From NCBI RefSeq assembly GCF_009914755.1, contig NC_060934.1: 64,000 bases of DNA. One strand, written 5' to 3'. The notes under the pieces were generated by a model. The model was not told where the DNA came from. It saw only the letters and a program-made list of their open reading frames with translations, and did no database searches. Origin of the DNA: the human T2T-CHM13v2.0 reference genome, Homo sapiens. The stretch's first letter is position 1, and every line of letters starts with the position of its first letter. The position numbers and the translations under genes were made by a program. This document shows, in pieces, positions 1 to 12,496 of the stretch.

Positions 1-220
1 AAAATGAGCAGAGAATATGAATAGGCAATTCACAAAAGAAGAAATGTAAATGGGCAACCAGCATATGGAAAAACTCCTAACTTCACCTGTAGTTAGAGAA
101 ATGCAAATGAAAGTTAACAATGAGATATCATTTCTGACATGCCTGGTTGGAAAAACAAAGGGGTAACTCCCAGACACCAGCAAGGACGGAGCCCCATGCT
201 CTGCTCATGAGTTGTTGCAG
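1..220 (+). mobile_element. Old L1 (L1M) ORF2 3'-region fragment
   Basis: aggcaattcacaaaagaagaaat...agagaaatgcaaat...tgagatatcattt L1 hallmark. Confidence 0.7.
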
Positions 221-261
221 CCTGGCAGTGTTCACGGGATAACTGGTGGGCCTGGGCAGCC

Positions 262-321
262 CAAGGTCAGAGCTTCGGCCAGCACCGGAGCAAGGTCAGA
301 GCTTCGGCCAGCACCGGAGCA
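262..321 (+). repeat. Perfect 29-bp tandem duplication
   Basis: caaggtcagagcttcggccagcaccggag x2 followed by ca. Confidence 0.95.
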
Positions 322-409
322 GATCCCACAGCGCCTGCTGTACCAGGTGCATGTTGCAGTGGGCGGTCAGAGGGTCCTGGGGTTGAGGCTGTTGTGGCGA
401 GGACAGTTG

Positions 410-1198
410 TGTTACCGAGCTGGACTGGGATCTGCTTGCCCAGTGCAGCAAAACCAAACACTGAGATTGGGATATAATCTAGGAGAACACAAGGCATTTA
501 TTGCGGGGACCAAAAAAGGAGAATTGGGCAGCTCACTCTTAAGACCGGAACTCCCTGATGGCTTGCAGGTAAGGGTTTTTAAAGGCAGAGTGAATTTCAG
601 GAATTGCAGAAGTTAACAGGCAAAATCATTAATCAATACATGGAGGGTACACATTGGTTTTGGCCTAAAAGGGCGGGATATCTTGAAGTGGGGGTGGGCT
701 TCCAGGTCATAGGTAGATTCAAAAATTTGTTGTTTTGAAATTGGTTAAGGAAGAGAAGTTTCATTTAAAAATTTGGGTTACCAGAAAGGAATGTTAGCTG
801 TGGCTTGTGGGCGGGACTTCCCCCAGGCCCCCCAGGAAGAAATTTAGAACAAAGAGCCTGCTCAGAGTTCAGTCCTCAGTTCCGTCTTATCTGAGGTCTC
901 TGTGCCAGTGGATCGGTTTGGTGGGGGTCTGGGTTTCTGAAAAACAACTCAGAGACACATGTTCAGGGGTTCTCTTTAGTTTCCAGAGGGAACCAAACAG
1001 CCCAGGACTCTGGCTTCCTTGGCTGTTGTTTTAGGCTGCTGTTACCCTCTTGTTTGTCAAGTTGCTCATTTATTTCTCAGGGCTAGCTAGGTGCCTGGAA
1101 CTTCCCTTCAAGGAACTCGGGATTTTCCTTCATTTCCATGCCCTGTTGCGGGGCTGGGGGGCTACAGTGCCCTAAGAGGAGGCCCCTGCCCCGTCTCA
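410..1198 (-). mobile_element. ERV1-class (MER4-group-like) solo LTR
   Basis: TG...CA termini, near-TSD gttg/attg, minus-strand AATAAA near 500; family not assigned. Confidence 0.7.
1097..1128. promoter_or_regulatory. NF-kB / GAS / NF-kB composite motif in solo LTR
   Basis: GGAACTTCCC (rc GGGAAGTTCC), TTCAAGGAA, GGGATTTTCC; motif match only. Confidence 0.4.
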
Positions 1199-3595
1199 AT
1201 TGGAGGAGCACTGGAGGGGACTTTATTGTTTAAGTGTTCTGACAGCCAGTAGCACTGAACAGGTGTGCACCAGGAGAGTGAAACTGTCTGAGGAACAGTA
1301 GGGCAGGCACTGTCTACTCGAAAACATACCCAAACCCCCAAGGCTCAGCCTTCGCTAGCAGCCACTCAGCAGAAATGAAAGCACAAATGTGTGTGGGTAG
1401 CAACAGGAGCATAGTTTGTGATGGGGAAAAAAATTGAAAACAGTCTGAAGGCAGAAGAGGATTGAGTGAGTGAGCCCTTCCATGTCCTCACCATAAAATG
1501 TTGAGGCGTCTTTGAAAGGAATGCTTTGGTTCCCTTCCAGCTGACCTGGAGGGGTCTCCACAATGAGTTAACAGTGGAAAAACAAGACACAAGGGACCGA
1601 TAAAGGATACATATCTGTCGTATACAAATAGCTCCTTCAAACTGCTAAGGCAATGGGCATGGTCTCACTTATGTAAAATGAATGCAAGGATGCAGCAGGC
1701 CTACTGTGCCAGCATGGGGACACAAGGACGCAGTGTCACCAGGTAGGAACACAGTGATGGCCCAGTGGGGGACAGGTGAGCAAAACAAAGAGACAGATGT
1801 TGATTATAATCATATTCAGTTGATGGAAAATTGGACAGATAAATGTGCACACATGCAAAGACCTATGAAAGGAGGCTCCCCAGAATTTGGTGGTTATCCC
1901 TGGGCGCTGGAAGATGAGATGATGTTTTCTTTCTCAGGCTCTCCTGTCATGACTCAGATTTCTTTTTACGATAAGCACATATTCTTTTCTAATCAGAAAC
2001 GCAAAGCTACTTCCTTACCCAAAAAACAAATTTAAGAAACACAAATTGCTCAGGGCAAGTTCTGGCATCCCATGGCAGGCCAAAATCCTGGACAGGAGTG
2101 GGAGGATGTGAAGGATGGGTTGGGGAAGGCCCAGCTCAGTGGTACAAGAGCTCAAGGAGATGGGCAGGTGAGGCCCGGTCAGGCCGGGAGGTGAAGAGAA
2201 GCAGAAGGGAGAGTGATGGGCTGAAATAGGCAGAGCACTGGGCCCATCCTCATTCAGCTCTTTTTTTACTGGTCAGAACAGTTTTTTTTTTTTTTAATAT
2301 ATAAAATTTTAGATTCAGGTACATGTGCAGGTTTGTTACATGGTTATATTGCATAACGCTGGGGTTAGGCTTCTATCGAACCCATCACTCAAATACTGAG
2401 CATAGTACCCAATACCCAGTTTTTCAACCCTTTCCTCCCTCCCTCCCCTTCCTGGAGTCCCCAGTGTCTTTTGTTCCCACTTTTATGCCCATGTGTACAC
2501 AATGCTTAGCTCCCACTTATAAATAAGAACATGCAGTATTCGATTTTCTGTTTCTGGGTTAATTCACTTAAGATTATGGCTTAAGTGCCAATCCTAAGCT
2601 GCATCCATGTTGCTGCAAAGAACACGATTTCCTTCTTTTTTGTGGCTATGTAGTATTCCTTGGAGTACATGTACCACATTTTCTTTATCTGGTGCCACTA
2701 TTGATGGGCACCTAGGTTGATTACATGATTTTGATATTGTGAACAGTGCTGCAATAAACATATGTGTGCCTATGTCCTTTTGGTAAAACAATTTCTTTTC
2801 CTTTGGGTAGGTACACAGTAATGGGGTTGTTGGGTCAACTGGTAATTCTATTTGCAGTTCTTTGCAAAATCTCCAAACTGCTTTCCACAGGGATGGAAGT
2901 AATTTACACTGCCACCAACAGTGTGTAAGCATTCCCTTTTGTCTGCATCCTGCCAACATCTGTCATTTTTTTACTTTTTAATAATAGCCATTCTGACTGG
3001 TATCCCTTTGTGGTTTTAATTTGCATTTCTCTGATGATTAGTGATGTTGAGCATTTTTTCATATGTTTGTTGGCCACTTGTATGTCTTCTTTTGAGAAGT
3101 GTCTGTTCCTGTCCTTTGCCCACTTTTTAATGGTGTTGTTTTTTCTTAAGTTCCTCATAGATTCTGGGTATTAGTCGTTTGTGGATGCATAGTTGCAAAT
3201 ATTTTCTCTCATTCTGTAGGTTGTCTGTTTACTTTGTTGATAGTTTGTTTTGCTGTGCAGAAGCTCTTTAATTTGATTAAGTCTCATTTGTCAATTTTTG
3301 TTTTTGTTGCATATGCCTTTGAGGTCTAGTCATAAATTCTTTGCCTAGGAAATGTCCATAAGATTTTTTCCTAGGTTTTCTTCTAGAATGTTTAAAGTTT
3401 GAAGTCTTACATTTAAGTCTGTAATCCATCTAGAGGTAATTTTTGTATATGGTGAGAGGTAGGGGCCCAGTGTCATTCTTCTGCATATAGGTAGCCAGTT
3501 TTTCCAACACTATTTATTGAATAGGATGTCCTTTCCTTATTGTTTATTTTTGTTGATTTTGTCAAAAATCAGTTGGTTGCAGGTATATGGCTTTA

Positions 3596-3754
<159 letters not shown>

Positions 3755-4080
3755 CTATTTTTTGGTTCCATATGAATTTTAGGATTTTTTTTTCTAATTC
3801 TGTGAAAAATGATGTTGATAATTTGATAGGAATTGCGTTGTATCTGTAGATTGCTTTCTTCCAACCCATTAGCTGGGATGTTTTTCCATTTTTTTGTGTC
3901 ATCTATGATTTCTTTCATCAGTGTTTTATAGTTCTCTCTGTAGAGCTCTTTCACCTCCTTGGCTGGATACATTCTTTGGTATTTTATTTTGTGTATGGGG
4001 GACTATTGTAACTGAGATCACCACGTTCCTGATATGGTTCTCAGCCTGAACCTGAACATTGTTGGTGCATAGAAATGCTA

Positions 4081-5037
<957 letters not shown>

Positions 5038-5319
5038 TTGAGACTTTACTGAAGTTGTTTATCAAGTCTAGGAGTCTTTTGGAGGAATCTTCAGGGTTTT
5101 CTAGGTATAGAATCATATCATGGATGAACAAAGATAATTTGACTTCCTCTTTTTTTTTTTTCATTTGGATCCCTTTTATTTCTTTCTCTTGCCTAATTGC
5201 TCTGACTAGGACTTCCAGTACTCTATTGAATAGGAGGGGTGAGAGTGGACATCCTTGTCTTGTTCCAGTTTTTAGGGGGATTGCTTCCAATTTTTGCCTG
5301 TTCAATATCATGTTGCCGG

Positions 5320-5480
5320 CTGAGCTCTTTACCTACTGTGTGACTTGGGAGAGCTGCTAAACCAGCTGGAGCCTCAGTTTCCCCCCATGTAAAATGGGTA
5401 CAGCAAGGAATATCTGCCTTGCAGGGTCAAAGTGAGGATTAAGTGAGATAGCATGGGTAAAGCCCCTAGCACACAACAGG
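5320..5480 (+). mobile_element. MIR
   Basis: tgtgtgacttggg...gagcctcagtttcc...tgtaaaatggg...tgaggattaagtgagata core. Confidence 0.8.
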
Positions 5481-5497
5481 GGGGCTCCTCGGCCCCA

Positions 5498-5588
5498 GAG
5501 GATGTCAGGAACATGTCAGTGTCCCAGAGCCATCAGGAACATGTCAGAGCATGTGGGGACATGTCAGAAAGTGTCTCAGAGCATGCCA
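5498..5588. promoter_or_regulatory. Cluster of p53 half-sites in ALOX5 intron 7 (candidate p53 enhancer)
   Basis: RRRCATG decamers at 5509, 5537, 5547, 5557 and 5579; three abut with zero spacer. Confidence 0.75.
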
Positions 5589-6049
5589 GGCAGCCCAGCA
5601 TTCTAGGGCACAGATCAGGTATCAGTGGCCCAGGCATCTCATGCAAACGGGTGTGGCAGTGGGGACCCTGAGAGCTGGGACTCTGTAAAAGGGACAAGAG
5701 CGTAGTTCTGTGAGAACCTGGGTGCAGAGTTCTGAGACCTTCTAATTTTTCAAGAAAACCAGGTCATTCAAATTTTTATGTGAAACTGTCTGGTATTTAA
5801 AAGCAGCCAACTAATCTCAAGTATAAACAGACAGGCACGCCTAATGTGCAAGTCACACTCTGCTCTCCCTCCTCCCTCCCCCCTCCTTGGTCCTCAGGGA
5901 GTGCTGAGGCTTCTGGGGTCTCTCTGACCAGGGTGGAGCCACTGGCCACCAGGGCTCTGGAGCACTTGGGATTTGGCTCATCCAAACCAAAACCTGCTGC
6001 AAGTGCAAAGTTCACACCTGATTTTTAAGACTTAGAATAAGGAGGTGGG

Positions 6050-6245
6050 GAATGTGAAATATCTCATTTAATAGTTTTAGATTGGTTTCATGTTGAAGTG
6101 ATAATATTCTGGATATATTGGGTAAAATAAAATTATATTATTCACCGGCATTTCACCTGTTTCCTTTTATTTTTATTAATATGGCTTCCTGAATATATAC
6201 AATTCCATGTGTGGGGTAGCATTATATGTCTATTGGACAGCACTG
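6050..6245. mobile_element. hAT DNA transposon fragment (MER3/MER33-like)
   Basis: Ends in ctattggacagcactg; catgttgaagtgataatatt...ggatatattggg. Confidence 0.65.
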
Positions 6246-7420
6246 TTTTCGAGGGAGAGACGCCCAAGGACCCCACCTTCCACAATACTTATAGCAAGTG
6301 ACACAGCTGTGTGCTCTGGGACAGTTCTCCCTCCCCAACCATGACCACTGTGCTGCAGTGACACTGGTCTTTCCCAGCACCTAAAGTCTGGCCATGCCCC
6401 TTCCTGGCCGCTCTTGGCTGCAGACCTGCCACCCACCTCATTCTTTCTGTCAACCCCTCCAATACCCCATGTCTTCATGTAAAAATGGGCAATGCCAGCA
6501 CCTGCTGCCGGCTCCCGTGAGAACTCACTGTCGGGTGCTGAGGCTGTGCTGGGCTCTCAATAAGGGGGCAACGTGCAGGGCTGCTGGCATGGAGGGACCT
6601 GGGGCTGGGTGCTGGTGTGGGGGCACGAAAGTGAGGCTGTGTGTACAGAGGCATCAGCAACCAGGTCACCACAGAGCTTGGGGATTTTATTTTCTGGCAT
6701 TAAGAGGTGATTGAGGAGGCAGTTAACATGACATGATTTGCATTTTGGAAAAGAAAAAAACTCACCTTGTCCCAGTGTGGAGTGGAAACTGGAAAGGGAA
6801 GACAGGTCCAGCCTCTGCTACAGGAGGTGCCTGGCCACAGGTGTGGGCTCCAGGCAGAGCTCAAGCTGCAGACCCTGATCTGGGAGGCTCAGTACCAGGA
6901 GGGCCCCAAGCCTTTAAACAGGAGGAGCTGACTTAGGGCAAGAAAAGAAGACAGGAGCACCAGGGCAGACCCTGGGGAGCTCCAGCATTTCAGGGAAGAG
7001 GAGAGGGAGGAAAGTATGAGAGACCAAGGAGAGGCAGTAGAAGAGGGAGCAGGGCAAGGAGGGAAGAGGGGGACAGCGATCCTCCCCCTCCGCTGCTGGG
7101 CCTTCCGCCTGCCCGCTCCTTCCATGCTGCCAGCTCCTGAGTAACTGTGAGCCGAGCGATCACTGTCCCCACATGACAGATGCTGAAGCCGGAGCTTAGA
7201 AAGCCCAGTGTGTCATCCAGAGTCATGCAGGTTGTAAGTAATATGGCTGGGACAGGAAATACCACCGCAGGGCCCTTTACCCCCTCCAGGCTCTTCTGAT
7301 TCCAAAGTCACTGTTAAAGAAATTCAGATACTTCTGGAACTTCCCAAGAGGCGAAGTTCTCCAACAACTATACTCTGAAGTGAAATATAGCAGTGTGTTT
7401 CCTTTCCCCCAATGTATCAG

Positions 7421-7624
7421 CTCAACCAAATCCCGGGAGATGAGAACCCTATTTTCCTCCCTTCGGATGCAAAATACGACTGGCTTTTGGCCAAAATCTG
7501 GGTGCGTTCCAGTGACTTCCACGTCCACCAGACCATCACCCACCTTCTGCGAACACATCTGGTGTCTGAGGTTTTTGGCATTGCAATGTACCGCCAGCTG
7601 CCTGCTGTGCACCCCATTTTCAAG
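7421..7624 (+). CDS. ALOX5: ALOX5 exon 8 (204 nt), includes iron-ligand His367/His372
   Basis: tatcAG|CTCAAC...TTCAAG|GTacag; translates [68 protein letters not shown], the lipoxygenase His-rich signature. Confidence 0.98.
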
Positions 7625-7994
7625 GTACAGCCAGCTACCGCCCCACCTGCTATGGGAGGGCATCTGAGATGTGGAGTGGGAGGGATCACTGACATCCCAC
7701 AGGGGGACCTGTGGCTGGGAGTGGGTGGCAGAAAGGGAGCCCTGGAGAGATGTTCTCAGAGTCAGTGATGCCCCTAAAGGAAGAAAACAGCTAGGAGCCT
7801 GCTGTTCCCCAGGACACGCGGCTGGGGCATGGGCCTGACACACGGGCCTCGCTGGCCAGCCAGTAGAGTTGGAAAAGGCAAATGAGTTCATGGTGATCCT
7901 CAGCTGATGCTGATGGCCGCCCCTGCCATCACTCTCCGTCCCTGTTCTCGAATCCTACAAGCATTGGCTGCTGGGGTGACTGCATGCTAAAAGT

Positions 7995-8160
7995 ACCCAT
8001 GTGCCTCAGTTTCCTCACCAGTAAAACAGGTCAAATAGTACAGCTGCCTTACAGAATGATGGTCAGATTAAGACAGTGAACTCAGGGAGCAAAGAGGTAA
8101 GCATTGTACAAGTGCTGGCCAGGACCCTCTGAATCATTATCATGCTTAGTAAGCATCAGA
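7995..8160 (+). mobile_element. MIR fragment
   Basis: tgtgcctcagtttcctcaccagtaaaacagg core. Confidence 0.65.
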
Positions 8161-8334
8161 GGGGTGCAGGCCTCCAGCACTTATTCAGCAGAAAGATCAG
8201 CACCCAGCCTTCACTTCCTCCCTGCGCCCAGCATCATCCTATAGGGCAGGCCTGGGTGGGGGAGCTGCGGGTCCCTGAGGCACCAGGTCACCTGACTGGG
8301 CCCCCTCTGAGGCCTCCTCCTCTCCCCTCCCCAG

Positions 8335-8421
8335 CTGCTGGTGGCACACGTGAGATTCACCATTGCAATCAACACCAAGGCCCGTGAGCAGCTCATCTGC
8401 GAGTGTGGCCTCTTTGACAAG
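8335..8421 (+). CDS. ALOX5: ALOX5 exon 9 (87 nt)
   Basis: polypyrimidine cccAG|CTGCTG...GACAAG|GTgggt; [29 protein letters not shown]; phase 0-0. Confidence 0.97.
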
Positions 8422-10026
8422 GTGGGTGCCCTCCTACCCTACTTGTTGCCTGGAAGAGCCCAGCCTGGCCGCCTTCACTCCCTATCTGAGATCTAGACAC
8501 CCTTTCAGGAGGCCTGGAAGGGTGAAGGCTGGAGTCTGCTCAGAGCACTGGCTCCAGCATCCTCCTGATGTCTCCAGCCCGTGCCATTCAGCCAGGAGCA
8601 CTCCTCCAGGCGCACCACCAGGTCTTCCTTCTCACTGATGGCTCCTGGTCCCCTCCTCCCACCCCTCCCCTCTCCCAGCCTCTGGGACCTGGGTGTAGAC
8701 CACCCTCTGGAACACACTCCTTATGGCCCCCTGACCTCCTACGCACCAGGAACCTGTGTCTGCCTCTTAATCTGCCACACCCCTGCCACCCTGACCTGGA
8801 CCTCCCCAGCACTCTGCTTCCCGGGTCCCAACCCTCCCAACCCACTGTCTCCTGCATCGGGGACTCCAGGCCCTGCCCAGCCCTCGCATCCCTCAGGTAG
8901 CACCCCACCTCGTTTTGAGCCCTCTGTAGCCTTACCAAGCTTGGACTCTCACATGGGCCCTTGCCCCAACCTTCCTCCTTTCCCCAGCCCATTAGTGACC
9001 AGGCCAGATGACCACTGAAGTTGAGACACTGTTTGGGCTGCAAATGACAAAACCCAACTCAAACCAGCTGCAGCTGGACAAGACATGCCTTATCTCAAAT
9101 ACCTGGACACAATAGAGGGTCGGGGGCCTCAGCCAGAAATGGATCCAGGGACTCAAGCAATGCCCCAGGGTGCATGCACACTGGCTCCCTCTTTCTGTCT
9201 CTTTCACCTGTGTTGGCATCACACTCTCCTGCTGCAGACAGGCCCCCATGGGAGAGGGCACAGGAGCTCATCATAGTAGCTCCACCTCAGGTTCTCATGT
9301 GGCCATTATCTCCCAGCCGCATCTAAACAGAAAGTGCTGGGGGGCAGCTCTGGTTGGTCCTGCTTGGGCTGAATGCCCACCGTGGACCAATCTCTGGCAC
9401 CCCAGCACCCAAGTCCTTCTTCAAAACCTCTGTGGCACCGACAGCCCAGCCCCCTGGGTGTATTTGCATGTGTGTGTGTGCACGTGGACACACATATGTG
9501 CCAGTGAGCTTGTGAGTGTGTCTGCATCACTCAGAAGCCGGGATCGGGATCAGGACCAGGATCCCTCCTTGTGGGTCTCTCCAGCCCTCACCTGAGCACA
9601 CAACAGGCCCTCAACAGAGTTGCATGGGTCCTGGAAACAGGGTCACTGAGAGCAATGACTGAGGGTCGTGTGCTCAGCACTAGAGCAGACTTCACAGCCC
9701 AGGCCCGCTGGTGCTGGGGTCCCCCACACACCTGCCCACGCCTGCTGCCCTCCTGTGGCTGGGAGCGCACCCTTCCCTCCTGTACTCTGCAGCCCCACGG
9801 TTCAGTCCCTTGCATTGGATTGGGCGGGAGGCTCCTCCCTATCACCTCTCCACCCGGCTGCCCTTGTCATTCTCTGCGTTAAACATCCCTCCCCCATCTC
9901 ACAGGACAAGGGCTTGCACCTCTGCCTGCCTGGCCTCCTCGCCTCCCCTGGCACATTTCCTCAGGGATGGGTCTGGACAGCTGTGGGAGGAGCCACCCGC
10001 TCAGGGCACTCTACCTCCCACTCCAG

Positions 10027-10205
10027 GCCAACGCCACAGGGGGCGGTGGGCACGTGCAGATGGTGCAGAGGGCCATGAAGGACCTGACCTATGCCTCCCT
10101 GTGCTTTCCCGAGGCCATCAAGGCCCGGGGCATGGAGAGCAAAGAAGACATCCCCTACTACTTCTACCGGGACGACGGGCTCCTGGTGTGGGAAGCCATC
10201 AGGAC
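10027..10205 (+). CDS. ALOX5: ALOX5 exon 10 (179 nt)
   Basis: ctccAG|GCCAAC...AGGAC|GTgag; [59 protein letters not shown]. Confidence 0.97.
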
Positions 10206-10404
10206 GTGAGCGCCCGCGGGGCGGTGGTCCTGGGGGAGGAGCCGGGACCCCTGCCTGACTACCTGGGGCGGGCCTGGCCCCTCCACTGCTAGCGCTGAAT
10301 GGGGACGGGGTGGGGGAGTCCCAGCGTCCGTGAGGGGGTTGCCGCCGGGCACCGCTCCGCAGACCTGGCTGGGTCGCCCACCCCGGCTGCGCCCCCTGAG
10401 CCAG

Positions 10405-10526
10405 GTTCACGGCCGAGGTGGTAGACATCTACTACGAGGGCGACCAGGTGGTGGAGGAGGACCCGGAGCTGCAGGACTTCGTGAACGATGTCTACGTGTA
10501 CGGCATGCGGGGCCGCAAGTCCTCAG
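10405..10526 (+). CDS. ALOX5: ALOX5 exon 11 (122 nt), includes RGRKSS basic/PKA motif (Ser523)
   Basis: ccAG|GTTCAC...CCTCAG|GTag; [40 protein letters not shown]; phases join exons 10 and 12. Confidence 0.97.
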
Positions 10527-10716
10527 GTAGGGCCTCCGGGACGTCTCCGGACCCGGCTCCCCCGCAGTCGGCAGCGCTGGCCCCTCCGCCACCCCTCCGG
10601 GGTGTCCTGCCCAGGGTGCCCTCCGGCCTTGGGGCAGGGAATCCGGGCACGGGGTGGGCGCCGGGCCCTGGGGTCCCCAGGGACTGGGCCTCAGCCCGCC
10701 GGTGGTTCCACCCTAG

Positions 10717-10817
10717 GCTTCCCCAAGTCGGTCAAGAGCCGGGAGCAGCTGTCGGAGTACCTGACCGTGGTGATCTTCACCGCCTCCGCCCAGCACGCCG
10801 CGGTCAACTTCGGCCAG
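10717..10817 (+). CDS. ALOX5: ALOX5 exon 12 (101 nt), includes iron-ligand His550/Asn554
   Basis: ccctAG|GCTTCC...GGCCAG|GTag; [33 protein letters not shown]. Confidence 0.97.
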
Positions 10818-11104
10818 GTAGGCAGGGCCGGGCCCGCTGGGCAGGGCTCCCTTCTCAAGGCCGCTGCCTCCTCCCCCGCCCCGGTTCTGCACGCGTACTG
10901 CACCCTCGGACAGCCTCGGGGCCTGGCACGGGACTTGCAGGATGGATTCTGCCCGCTCAGCCAAGGGCGCTGGCCGCGGGGAAAGAGGATGGACGGACTG
11001 CAGGGCCCGCTGGAGTTGGGGGGCACGGGGAGGACGGGGCCCAGGGGGCAGCTGGGCAGCAGGGCTTCGGGGGTGCCCACGCTTGCTGGCGGTCGTCTCC
11101 GCAG

Positions 11105-11275
11105 TACGACTGGTGCTCCTGGATCCCCAATGCGCCCCCAACCATGCGAGCCCCGCCACCGACTGCCAAGGGCGTGGTGACCATTGAGCAGATCGTGGAC
11201 ACGCTGCCCGACCGCGGCCGCTCCTGCTGGCATCTGGGTGCAGTGTGGGCGCTGAGCCAGTTCCAGGAAAACGAG
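11105..11275 (+). CDS. ALOX5: ALOX5 exon 13 (171 nt, symmetric phase 0)
   Basis: cgcAG|TACGAC...AACGAG|GTgaag; [57 protein letters not shown]. Confidence 0.97.
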
Positions 11276-12496
11276 GTGAAGCTGGGCAGGGCGGGGCACA
11301 GCCCCAGGTCACCCCAGGTTAAGCGGTTCCTCAGCCTCAGGGCTTTGTGACTCGGGCCCCAAGGCTCACTTGGAGCAAAGGAATCCTGACTTCCAAGGCT
11401 GGAAGGGCCCAGAAGGCTGCAGCCGCCACCAGGTCCCCCGGCCTCAGCCTGGACAGAGCTCAGGGTGTGCAGGGCAGGAGAGCACACAGCCCAGGCTTTG
11501 CTCACTGTCACCAGAGGGTCGTGTGTGACGCTCCCTCCCCCCAGCTATTGACAAAGTTCTTGCACATGTGTTTTACCCTGGTACTCCAGAGGGAATGACC
11601 AAGAGTTTCCTGGGTTCCTTCCGGACACGTGCATCTCATTTAACCTAACAACTGAATCCGGTGTGTCTTCGTGGATGCACCCGCTTTGGGGTAGCTCAGT
11701 ACTGCATAGAATGGCCGGACCAGTCCAACCTGCTCCAGACTGCTGGGTGTCTGAGTTGTTCCCGGCCAATGTGTTGGTCCCTCACTGGACATCCTTGTTT
11801 TTGTGGCTTTGCACATGTGTTCAGTATGACCGCACACATTCCTAGCAGACAAATTCCTTGGTCAAAGAATATTGATACTGAATTGCCCTCCACAAACTAA
11901 ATTCAAAATCCCATTATCAATAGCCTATGTTTCTTGGACCTTTCCAGCTCAGAAGCTTTGTGATCTTAATCCAATACAGTATTTTTTTAAAATGATATCT
12001 AGCTCTGCCCCGCAGACATCTGTGTGAGAATGCAAATAAGCACAGGACCCCAACAGGGCAGCCACCCCTTCAGGCTCCCTGGCCCGCTTTCTGCCTTCCT
12101 GGGCTGGAGAGGCCAGTGCTGGCCCCAGCGCCCCTGATGGGAGGTGAGAGTGCTGCGCAGGGGTGGCCCAAGACAGCAGGATACCATGGCTGCAAACACC
12201 AGCAGCCCCCAGCTTCATCTGCATCATCTCGTAACCACTTGGCAGCAGGCAGTTATTTTCCCACTTATCCATGAAGCCCCAGCCCTGGAGCCTTCCTTAG
12301 AGAAGCAGGTTGGAGGCGACGACACTTGCCTTCCCGAGGCCCTCTTGTCAGGCAGCAGAGGGTGAATATGGGGAGGTGAATAGATGCTCCCTCCTTCATC
12401 TCCCAAACGGTGGCTGGCCCCTTGGGATGAGACAGGCCTGTCAGTTTACACGGGTAGTGGATTGACCTATGTGTGTGTCCATGTCTGGGCCCTCAG

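Larger units (their letters stand above)
10150..11300. promoter_or_regulatory. Intragenic 3' CpG island spanning ALOX5 exons 10-13
   Basis: Visibly very high GC and dense CpG, including in introns 10-12, versus CpG-depleted flanks; not computed. Confidence 0.85.

Noticed and set aside
262-321. Direct repeats (also 34661-34700 and 56705-56783) as CRISPR-like arrays
   Set aside because: Only two copies each, no spacer series, human genomic context
9541-9564. (GGAYCN)4 hexamer repeat and nearby 14-bp palindrome CCAGCTGCAGCTGG (9064-9077)
   Set aside because: Too short to distinguish from background
10488-11511. Several 180-230 aa ORFs on both strands over the CpG island
   Set aside because: Expected from stop-codon scarcity in GC-rich DNA overlapping ALOX5 exons; no independent domain signature
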